A model generated the notes under the pieces. It searched no databases and was not told where the DNA came from. It worked only from the letters and a program-made list of their open reading frames with translations. DNA of 63,408 bases, the filler included, from Chiloscyllium plagiosum (taxonomy: Eukaryota): the NCBI RefSeq assembly GCF_004010195.1. It is 7 parts of 7 records of this genome, joined end to end, with 100 filler letters (N's around TTAATTAATTAA, not from the genome) between each part and the next. Parts side by side here need not be neighbours in the genome. Positions count along the whole stretch, not along the records: positions 24,107 to 33,789 come from NW_025211786.1; positions 33,890 to 40,684 come from NW_025200822.1; 5 more parts are not named here. The stretch is one strand, 5' to 3'. Shown here piece by piece: positions 25,075 through 34,846 of the stretch. Made by a program: the position numbers and the translations under genes. The stretch's first letter is position 1; each line of letters begins with the position of its first letter.

Positions 25075-25335
25075 AGACTAATGTACACACTGGGATTTAC
25101 ACAATTGTTTCTGGAATGAAGGAGTTTCCTGAGGTTACAAGCACTGCAACAGTCAATGGAGTAATAATAGCTTCTCGTGACAATAAAACCCAACAGTGCA
25201 TCCCTAGGCAGCAGTTCTTGGCAGATTTCTTCGATATGAATTTCTGGGATCATGTTACAGAGATAGTGAACAGACATGCAAACATGGCGAAGGAAATTCT
25301 GAGTACAATAATGAAGAGGACAAACCAGACATCTG
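25075..25335 (+). CDS. Nonclassical MHC class I alpha1 exon (gene A)
   Basis: 261-nt phase 1-1 exon encoding ETNVHTGIYTIVSGMKEFPEV...PRQQFLADFFDMNFWDHVTE...MKRTNQTSG, with the conserved class I N86 glycosylation site (NQT). Confidence 0.85.
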
Positions 25336-25594
25336 GTAAGATCGGGCTTGTTGAATTTCTCTGTTGTTGTCCCCTTTCATCATAAAACCTCATTCATTCC
25401 CCAACACTGTCATTTGGGCCCCAGGACTGGGAGAGACATAATAGGCCTCGATGCTTCCCCTATTTCTGTCAGAATTTTCCACCACCAGTGCACCACCAAC
25501 ATTCATCTCAGTTCTTCATATCTTTTGAGGGCCCAAAATAGGGAACTGTAGACAAGTGCGGTCAAATTATTTTACGAAGGTTTAACAAGACATC

Positions 25595-26820
25595 TTTTTT
25601 TATTATTTCAAAAATATACTTTACTCATAAAATTATTTTGATATCTATACAAATGGTGATGCCATACATACATATACATTCCATTTCTTTACATACATAG
25701 ATCAGAATTAATCATTCGTATGTACAAGTCTGTACATTGACCATCGAGGTATTCTGCTGAGGGGTCAGCAGAGCCATCTTTTTTTTTAATTTCAAGAATA
25801 TACTTTATTCATAAAATATTTTGATGATCTGTACAATTGGTCATGCCATACATCCGTAAACATTCCATTTCTTGGTATACAGAGACAGAGTAATCATTCC
25901 TATTTACAGGTCTGTGCCATTACATATTTAGCTGAGGCGTCAACAGAGCCCAAATGATTGCATGGGCCCCCTGTTCTTCATTAGGCAGGCAGATGTTACA
26001 CGGTGGTCTTTCCCCACCGCGCCTTGGCGGCAGCTGCCCCAAGCTTCAGCGCGTCCCTCAACACGTAGTCCTGGACCATGGAATGTGCCAGTCTGCAACA
26101 CTCAGTCGGGGTCAACTCCTTCAGCTGGAAGATCAGCAGGTTTCGGACCACCCAGAGAGCGTCCTTCACCGAGTTGATGATCCTCCAGGCACAGTTGATG
26201 TTCGTCTCGGTGTGCGTCCCGGGGAACAGACCGTAGAGCACGGAGTCCCGCGTCACGGCGCTGCTCGGGACGAACCTCGACAAACACCACTGCATTCCTC
26301 TCCAGACTTCCTCTGCATAGGCACATTCCAGAAGGAGGTGTGTGACAGTCTCGACCCCCTCGCAGCCACTTCGAGGGCAGTGTGCGGTGCGGCTGAGAGT
26401 CCGGGCATGCATAAAATGGACTTGTGGTCCACGAAGGACAGGTGATACGGAACCGTCCAACTACTCGGAGCGTTTCGCGGCAGCGAGGCCAGGCCCATCC
26501 TTCGTAACACCGGGGACAGGTAGAACCTCAGTACGTAGTGACACTTGGTGTTTGCGTACCGGGGATCCACGCACAGCTTGATGCAGTCACACACAAAGGT
26601 GGCCATCAGAGTGAGAGTGGCATTGGGTGTATTTTTTCCCCCGTTGCCCAGATCTTTGTACAGCGAGTCCCTTTGGACCCGGTCCATCTTTGACCTCCAT
26701 ATAAACTGGAAGATGGCCCGGGTGACTGCAGCGGCACAGGTTTTGGGAATAGGCCAGACCTGTGCACGTATAACAGCAATGGCAGTGCCTCACACCTGAT
26801 GACCAGGTTTTTACCCACAA
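25595..26820 (-). mobile_element. Tx1/L1-clade LINE 3' part with duplicated 3'UTR, in class I intron
   Basis: C-terminal zinc knuckle CPRSGC..ETVTHLLLEC and QDYVLRDALKLG; 3'UTR/poly-A repeated at 25595-25775 and 25779-25950. Confidence 0.82.
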
Positions 26821-26859
26821 TGGAGATTGGTGGGAAACCAGGCTATGATGAGGAGACAA

Positions 26860-28625
26860 TACGTTTCCAAATGGATATTGGCTAGGAGAATGGGCCAGAC
26901 TCTGACAGGTGGAGGTTAATGTGGATAAGTGTGGGGTTGTTCATTTTGGCTGGAAAATAAGACAAATTGTTATTGCACTGGGAAGCAGATTCACAGTGTG
27001 TCAGTGCAGAGGGATTTGTGTGTTTTTGGGCATGAATTGCAGAAATTGGATATGCAGGTGCAGCATATAATAAGAAAGGTAAATGGAATACTGGCATTTA
27101 TTGCAAAAAAGTGTTGTTACAATAATATAAGGCATTGCTGAGACCACACCTGGAGAATGATGTCCAGTTGTGGTCTCCTTACCTAAGGGAGGATGTGGTG
27201 ACATTGCAGGCAGTTCAGACGAGGTTCACCAGGCTGTTCCGGGGATGAAAGGGTTATTGTACGAGAAGCAATTGTATAGCTTGGCTTATACTCACTGACA
27301 ATCAGAGGAATGAAGGGAGATTGATTGAGGAATATAAAATGCTAAAGGGGATTGATAAGATTGATATCTAGCAGATGTTCCCTTTGTGGGAGAGTCTCGA
27401 ACAAGAGGTCATAGGTATAGAGAGAGAGGAGGTAGGTAAGATCGCCATGATCATGTTAAATGGTGGAGTGGACTCAAAGGGCTGACTTGCCCACTCTCCC
27501 TCTGAATTCCTGTGTTACTAGAATTAACTGAAAATGTGTTTGATAACAGCAAATCAAGTATAGTACTGGAATATATTATCTGTTGTCATTAAAACAGAAA
27601 AAAACAAATTGTAAAGTAAACAAATCTAGTAATGAAGGAATATTTTTAACAAATGAAGAAATTGAAGGGATGATCATTAATATTATTCATGTTTAGTTAT
27701 GAGCCAATCAGCAAACAGTGTGATAACTAATGAATTGAGGACCGGAGGGACATTAAAGAGAACATTTGACTGTCACGGTCCATTCATGATCTGGAGATAG
27801 TTTTGAATCATGTTGTGCAGATATATTGTGACCCCTTTGGGACAGCTGGGACTTGGAGTAGGGCATTCTGGGAAACTGCCCAAAAGAAGCCAACTCATTC
27901 TGTTTAATTTGTGAGGAATGGATTAACCAACAAGAACAAATGTAAAAACACTGCAATAAATAGAGGAAATTGTACAGAAGGTAGATTCATAGATTTGCAC
28001 ATCTCAGAAACAGACCCTGGGGAAAAAAACTTGGCTATTCACCTTATTTATGCCCCTCGTGTTTTTATAAACTTCAGGGAAAATAGCCCCAGCCTATTCA
28101 GTCTCTCACTATAGCTCCAAACCTTCTAAATCTTTTCTGAACCCTTTCACATTTCCTATTGCAGGAAGTACAGAATTTAACACAGCATTCGGAAAGTGGC
28201 TGAATCAATGTCCTGTACAGCTGCAACATGATATCCCAACTCCTGTACTCAATCCACTGACCTATAAAGGCAAGGAGACCAAACACCTTCTTCACTATCC
28301 TGTCAGTCTGTAACTCCACCTTCAGGAACTATGACTCTACACCCCAAGGTCTGTTTGTTTGGCAACACTCCCCAGCCCCCTACCATTAACTGTGTAAATG
28401 CTGCTATGATTTACACAAAATGCAACATCTCATATTTCTCAAAATTAATCTCCATCTGCCACTCCTCAGCCCATCTGATCAAGGTCCCATTGAACTCTAA
28501 GATAACCTTCCTCACTGCCCACTACATTTCCTGTTTTGGTGTCATCTGTAAACGAACCATTACTAACCATTCCCTCCTATATGCTCATCCAAATCATTTA
28601 TAAAACTGACAGAAAGCAGTGGACA
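26860..28625. mobile_element. Two degenerate CR1 fragments (+ about 26860-27520; - about 28040-28625)
   Basis: RDLCVF..LDMQVQHIIRKVNGILAFI and IVKKVFGLLAFIGQWIEYRSWDIMLQLYRTL. Confidence 0.75.
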
Positions 28626-29044
28626 CAGGTAGTGAGTAACTTAAAGAGAGTTACCTTCATCTCCATTCCGCCAGGCTCAGGGGAAGAGTCCCACGCAGGG
28701 AGAGGGTCCTTGTAAATAACACACAGAGTCCGATCGTGGGCCAGAGCCTGTGGGAGGCTGACAGAGTGGTCACAGACAGACATGGACTACATCCCCCAGA
28801 ATGCAGCCTGTGATTGAAACAAATGACCAGAAGGACTGGGCCTGTCGTTCCAGGACAGTGGGAATGTGAACGCTGGAATTCTGACCCGGATCGGAGAGCC
28901 CATTCCCTATCTGCTCCAGGTTGAGGGGTGAGGCAACCACTGGAGAAAGGGTCAGTGCTGCCCGAGTCTGGGGCNNNNNNNNNNNNNNNNNNNNNNNNNN
29001 NNNNNNNNNNNNNNNNNNNNNNNNNNNNNNNNNNNNNNNNNNNN

Positions 29045-29259
29045 ATCGATGAGATTTGGATTTGATGGAGAAGACTTTATCAGTTTAGACCCAGACAGAA
29101 TGAGATGGATCACATCCAATCCCATTGCAGTGATGACTAAAGAGAAATGGGATTCTGATGATTCCTGGAACAACTACTGGAAAAGACACCTGGAAGATGC
29201 ATATATTGAAAATTTGAACACATACCTGAAAGCTGGAAAGGAATATTTCACAAGGAAAG
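29045..29259 (+). CDS. Nonclassical MHC class I alpha2 exon (gene A), 5' part in N gap
   Basis: RFGFDGEDFISLD...W...AVMTKEKWD...LEDAYIENLNTYLKAGKEYFTRK; donor G|GTATGT. Confidence 0.9.
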
Positions 29260-29375
29260 GTATGTATTTCAGTTTTGTTCCATGTTCCGATCTAACCTCA
29301 CTGATCTGTGAAACCGCTCTCCCATTCCATTCAGTGTCTGTCTATTGTTTGTGGTTTCACTCTTTCCCATCACAG

Positions 29376-29640
29376 TTCAGCCTGAAGTGTTCATCTCCAG
29401 GAGGGAGCCCAATGGTCAGGACAAGCCGCTCACTCTCTCCTGCCTGGTCACTGGGTTTTATCCTGTAGACATCGAGATGACCTGGCTAAGGAATGGAGAG
29501 GTCATGTCTGAGACCCAATCCTCGGGGGTTCGACCGAACCACGATGGGACCCATCAGATCCAGAAAGAGATTGAGATCAATGCTGGGGATGAGGAGCAAT
29601 ACTCCTGTCACATTGAACACAGCAATCTGGCAGAGGCCCT
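29376..29640 (+). CDS. MHC class I alpha3 (C1-set) exon (gene A), 3' end and donor deleted
   Basis: VQPEVFISRR...LSCLVTGFYPVDIEMTWLRNG...YSCHIEHSNLAEA runs straight into (GT)n. The paralogue continues QLYQW G|GTAAG. Confidence 0.85.
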
Positions 29641-30132
29641 GTGTGTGTGTGTGTGTGTACATGTGACAGATGGAACCATTTAGAGGACACTTTTTCACTT
29701 CCTTGTTTGCAACTACCCACCTTGTTCTCTGTGTTGATATGTCATGTTGGTCTCACTGAGTTAAAGATTTCAATTCTGAGTATGAAAGGGCCTCTGAATC
29801 CCAAGCTTCCAGAGCCTTTTGGGGATTCCAGATTCCCACAGCCCTGTTATTGGTGAAGTATTCGTTGATTTCCCTCTGGAATAATCTCACTAGAATTACA
29901 AGAAGATTCTCTTGTATTCCAGGCTTCAGCACCAGACATGGGCCCAGATTGTCCAGCAGCCAGACAGTCAGAGACTGAGAGAGGAGGGACTGGACCCCTC
30001 AGAATTCCTGACTCACTCATGGGATTTGTCTGGGAAGTTTCAACTTCCGATGGACAATTACCTCGCATCTGGAACCCTCTGGAAAGATCTCAGGGTCTGA
30101 GGTTAGGGATTGGAAGCTTCTTTAACTCCTAG

Positions 30133-30773
30133 TGTGATGATGCTGCCACTTTAAAAGGTTGTTGGTGTCCTAGTTTTTGTTTTGAAGGGAGGTTGTAAGG
30201 CAGAGGCAACAAACCTGCCGCTGATGATGACTGAGGTAAGCCAGTTGTGAGGCCTTGGGGTTTTTTAAGTTGGAACAATAGAAGCAGTCTGAATGGGCGT
30301 GGCCAGCTCTCACAGATCCAGATTTCGCAGTTTGGTTTTTTTCAGTTACCACAGAAGCCTTTGGGGTCTCAAAAGAGTTGGCAGCTTCAGTGAGTGTCAC
30401 CTGGCTACTACTTTCTACATTTATTTCTTGATATTATTTCCTCCTGGATTGGAGAACTGCATGTAAGAATCTTTGTCTGAAATTACCTTTTTTCCAAGAT
30501 GTTTATAGGACGTTACAATATTGCTGCAGTTAATTAGTAATAGGTACCGTATTCGGTTGCATTTTTCAATTGTAAGTTATTCTAAATTTCTTTTTCTTTT
30601 GTTTGTATTTTAATGACAGCGTTTAAGTAAATTATGTTTTGCTTAACGTCGAGTTTTTTGACCACCTGCGTTGTATCTGGAACACTGCATTTCCCATTCA
30701 GCTTTAAAATAAGAAACAGTTCAGATCTAGACTTCTTCAAATATTTTGAGGGGGCCTGGTTTGGTCCCTAACA
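30133..30773 (+). mobile_element. Solo LTR-like element in class I intron
   Basis: TGTGATG...CCTAACA, about 640 bp; flanks CTAG/CCAG resemble a decayed 4-bp TSD. Confidence 0.45.
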
Positions 30774-31881
30774 CCAGAGAGCTGGAAAGCCGACCATCTC
30801 CAAACGTACTGCTGATCCCACCATTCACACACTGACGAGGATATCTGGTCAGCGTTGGCAAGTTGGACTGAACATACACACTTGTTGTGTGACTCTTTAA
30901 CTCTTTGACTCCATCCCCTCAAAATACATAACCTGACATTCTGCAACCAACACTTGACCTCTCCCCAGCACCAACACCAGCTCACCGCCTCCAGACGTCT
31001 GTCAGACTCGCAGTGCATCACCCTGGACAGATAACTGGGACACAACACAGAACTCCACAACTGGATCCCTAACAAGGCCCCCTCACCAGCCCACTGTGGC
31101 ACCCAAACCCCATTCCATTGGTACTCAACATCCCCAACACTCACCAGTGAGTTCCCAAACTGCCCCTTGCCCAACCACTGAGGAAGTGCCTTCTGGGTAC
31201 CTAACTACACCCCTCCAACCATTCACTCACTCCTTCACCTCACCCAAGGCCGATCTACCCCACCAGCACTAGTAAGGGAACACAGAACTTCCCATCCAGT
31301 TTTAAAATAAGAAGCAGTTCAGATCTAGGTTACCTTCTTCAGATATATTGAGGGGTCCTGGTCTGGTCCCTAACACCAGAGAGCTGGAAAACCGACCATC
31401 TCCAAACGTACTGCTGATCCCTCCATTCACACACTGACGAGGATATCTGGTCAGTGTGGGCAAGTTGGACTGAACACGCACACTTGTTGTGTGACTCTTT
31501 AACTCTTTGACTCCATCCCCTCAAAATACATGACCTGATATTCTGCAACCAACACTTGACCTCTCCCCAGCACCAACACCAGCTCACCGCCTCCAGACGT
31601 TTGTCAGACTCGCAGTGCATCACCCTGGACAGACAACTGGGACACAACAGAGAACTCCACAACTGGATCCCTAACAAGGCCCCCTCACCAGCCCACTGTG
31701 GCACCCAAACCCCATTCCAGTGGTATTCAACATCCCCAACACTCACCAGTGAGTTCCCAAACTGCCCCTTGCCCAATCACTGAGGAAGTGCCTTTCTGGG
31801 ACACCGAACTACACCCCTCCAACCATTCACTCACTCCTTCACCTCACCCAAGGCCGATCTTGCCCACCAGCACTAGTAAGG
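30689..31881 (+). repeat. Tandem duplication, unit about 602 bp, two copies
   Basis: 30689-31278 is near-identical to 31288-31881, seen as twin 145-aa spurious ORFs offset by 602 nt. Confidence 0.92.
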
Positions 31882-32152
31882 ACAGGACACAGAGATACTG
31901 GGGAGAATGGGAACTGAACTGTCTGGGGAGGTAACCCCCCAGGACAGGCACAACACGATGTTTATACCCCTATCAATGGGATCCTTGGTGACTTCACTGG
32001 AGAGTGAAATCGGGAGAGGGTGAAACCCGCATTTCAACCAATCCCAACAATTCCCAACAGCTCGGAGCAGTTATAATTGTTCTCAATCATCACAGGGTTA
32101 GAAATAAATCCAGGAACAGAGAGAATCCTGATATATTTCCAATGTATTTCAG

Positions 32153-32272
32153 AAAATCTGAAAAGCAATTGGCTGCATTCCCAACTTGGAAGTCTCATTG
32201 CATCAATGGTCATTCTATTGGCTGTTATTGTCGGGATAGTCGGAATAATCATCTGGAAATGGTCACGGAGAG
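32153..32272 (+). CDS. MHC class I transmembrane exon (gene A)
   Basis: TTTCAG acceptor; encodes ENLKSNWLHSQLGSLIASMVILLAVIVGIVGIIIWKWSRR; G|GTAAG donor. Confidence 0.85.
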
Positions 32273-33187
32273 GTAAGAATCAGAGAGAGGGGAATGTGGA
32301 ACTGAGGGGACAGAGTGAGTGTGGGGGAGTCTCCAGTACTGGGAGTACAGGGCACTGTGGGGAATGGAACTGATTGAATTCCCACACAGATACACTCGTA
32401 TAAACACGTCTCGTTCCCTGTCTGATCTTCCTTTATGTGATCGGCCCAGACCAGGTCTAATATTTATCATTAAACCCACTGCACCCAATCAGATCCTCAC
32501 TGACTGAATATTAATGGAATGGAAGGGATTTTCTGCATCTCCATAAAGTGTAAGGATGGACGGGAGTATGGGAATGAGGATTTCTGACACAATCCCTGTA
32601 AAACCTTCATTCCTGCCTTGTTTGGGCACCATCACCTTGATAAATTTTGAAGATCTCTCTCCCTTAAGAGTTTGTGCAGTTTTGGATGACTTATTACTTT
32701 GGTTTGACCCTCGGCGTGTGACTCTGATACCGATCATGTTATTCCAGGCATTTGGTTTGTCTCCAGTACCACCGTATTTTTAATGATTTGGAATGATCTC
32801 TCTGCCCCATTTAATGGGATTCTGGGTCATCCCTTCTCTTGTTATCCAGCTGTTGACACTTTCCTCCCACCATCTGACATTTGTGATCACCTGCAGAGAC
32901 TCCACTCACCCCATTTGGATGATCTTTTGATCTCTCTGCTGATAAGTTCGGTGTCTGTGAGCTTCTCTCTCACTTCACCTGAGGAAGGGGCTACGCTCAG
33001 AAAGCTTGTGATTTCAAACAAACCTGATGGACTGTAACTTGGGGCCGTGTGTGATTTCTGACTGTGTTCACACGAGTCCAATACCAACACCCCCACTTCA
33101 ATCTCCATCCCCTCACACTTGTTGTGTTCTCACTCTCTGAGAATGGATTATTCCCGATCCTAATGGACATTTATTTTGTTTCTGCAG

Positions 33188-33220
33188 ATTCATCAAATGG
33201 GACATACACAACAGCTCCCA
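33188..33220 (+). CDS. MHC class I 33-nt cytoplasmic exon (gene A)
   Basis: CTGCAG acceptor; encodes DSSNGTYTTAP; GTAAGT donor; conserved in the paralogue at 62005-62037. Confidence 0.8.
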
Positions 33221-33274
33221 GTAAGTGGCTGAGGGGTCAGAGTGTTGGGAATGATGGAGAAGGTAATGGGAGGT

Positions 33275-33600
33275 GTAGAGTAGATTCCCTACAGTATGGA
33301 AACAGGCCCTTCAGCTCAACAAGTCCACGCAGACCCTCCAAAGGGTAAGCCAACCAGACCCATTCCCCTACCCTATATTTACCCCTGAATAACACACCTA
33401 ACACGATGGGCAATGTAACATGGCTAATTCACCTGACCTGCACATCTTTGGATTGTGAGCAGAAAAACGGAGTACCCACAGGAAACCCACACAGACAAAG
33501 GGAGAATGTGCAAACTCCGCACAGTCACCCGAGGTGGGAATTGTACCCGGGTCCCTGGTGCTGTGAGGCAACAGTGCTAACCACTGAGCCACCGTGCTAC
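33275..33600 (-). mobile_element. HE1/V-SINE-type SINE
   Basis: Minus strand GCACGGTGGCTCAGTGGTTAGCACTG..GGGACCCGGGTAC, with a CR1-like tail. Confidence 0.8.
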
Positions 33601-33789
33601 CCCTATTAGAGTGTAGAGTTATATTTGCCAGGGTGTTGCTCAGGGTGATGGGTCCGTCTCCTCACAATGCTGTTTCTCAGCCAACACACTCTTATCGTCC
33701 TGTTTTTCTACTCCATGTCCCCAGGGTCTCTCCTTCGAATTGTCACCCTCCATTCTCTTCCCCCACTGCCCCTCCCTCCACTCACTCAC

Positions 33790-33889
33790 NNNNNNNNNNN
33801 NNNNNNNNNNNNNNNNNNNNNNNNNNNNNNNNNTTAATTAATTAANNNNNNNNNNNNNNNNNNNNNNNNNNNNNNNNNNNNNNNNNNNN
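33790..33889. other. Artificial spacer
   Basis: N44-TTAATTAATTAA-N44. Confidence 0.97.
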
Positions 33890-34115
33890 ATTTTGTCCGA
33901 GCATTTAATTGATGGAAGTGTTCGCAGTACATATGACATGTCCAAAACATTGCCCCATTGTGTCAGCAGTTTGCTAGTTTAAATGGTACATTTCCTCTTT
34001 GATAGTTTTGTAAGAGGCAGCCTGACGTCTGCTTCAGATCGCAGTTGTATAATTGCATTTAAAACTCGTACTGACCGTCAGTTTATGATGGAATTGACAA
34101 TATGTTCCCTCGAGC

Positions 34116-34154
34116 TGTTTTTGAACGGGTCCAGCCCTGGCTCCTCTCGCTGTG
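34116..34154 (-). promoter_or_regulatory. 23-bp-spacer recombination signal sequence 3' of VH
   Basis: Minus strand: heptamer CACAGCG (34154-34148), 23-nt spacer, nonamer TCAAAAACA (34124-34116). Confidence 0.9.
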
Positions 34155-34637
34155 GTCTCCTGCACAGTAATAGATGGCGGTGTCTTCGATCTTCAGGTTC
34201 TCCATGTCCAACGCGAAAATGTTGTTTGAAATGTCTTTGGACACAGTAAATCGACCCTTAATCGCTGGTGCATAGTAACTGCTGGATGAAGTATAGTAGC
34301 TAACCAGCCACTCCAGACCCTGTCCGGGAACCTGTCGGACCCAGCTCATGTAGTAGCTGCCAAGATTGAACCCGCTGATTTTACAGGTCAGTTTCAGGCT
34401 GCCTGCGGGACGGCCAGTCTCTGCCTCTGGCTGGGTCAAAACAACCTCCGGCTGGACACCTTTAAAAAAGAAAACAAATAAACCATGAGCATTAATGCTG
34501 ATGAAATGATGGCTGAGTCTTTTACATTCCTGCGGTCGACTAACATTGAGACAGAAACAAAGAGAGACTTTAAAAAAAAAACACTCACATGATAAGAAAG
34601 TCAGTAACAAACTGAGAAAAAGTGTCGACACAATCAT
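34155..34637 (-). CDS. IGHV: Unrearranged IgM-type VH gene segment: leader exon 34637-34589, V exon 34459-34155
   Basis: Leader [16 protein letters not shown] with GTGAGT donor, then [63 protein letters not shown]. Frame is open. Confidence 0.93.
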
Positions 34638-34724
34638 TCTGATAACTTGTGGGAAACGGTTCTGTCAAGATCTTTCTAAACAGAGCCGACCCAGGAGTGT
34701 TGAATTACTGTCCAGTGCCCAGGA

Positions 34725-34846
34725 TTTATATGGCCATCGGAAGGGGCAGGCTTACAGCTTCCGCATGTTGGTTTCCTGCTGGAGGCTGAGACTGGATCCT
34801 GGTATCAGCTTGCACAGCCCGAACACATGGTGTCATGCATTTACAT
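34725..34846 (-). promoter_or_regulatory. Putative VH promoter: TATA box plus octamer-like and CRE-like motifs
   Basis: Minus-strand TATAAA at 34730-34725, about 90 nt upstream of the ATG. ATGTAAAT (34846-34839, one mismatch to the octamer) lies next to TGACACCA (34835-34828). Confidence 0.5.

Noticed and set aside
30737-31776. Twin 145-aa ORFs as duplicated genes
   Set aside because: By-product of the intronic 602-bp duplication; no recognisable domain.
34083-34637. 184-aa intronless VH protein
   Set aside because: The leader intron happens to be in frame and stop-free; canonical splice sites and an RSS are present.
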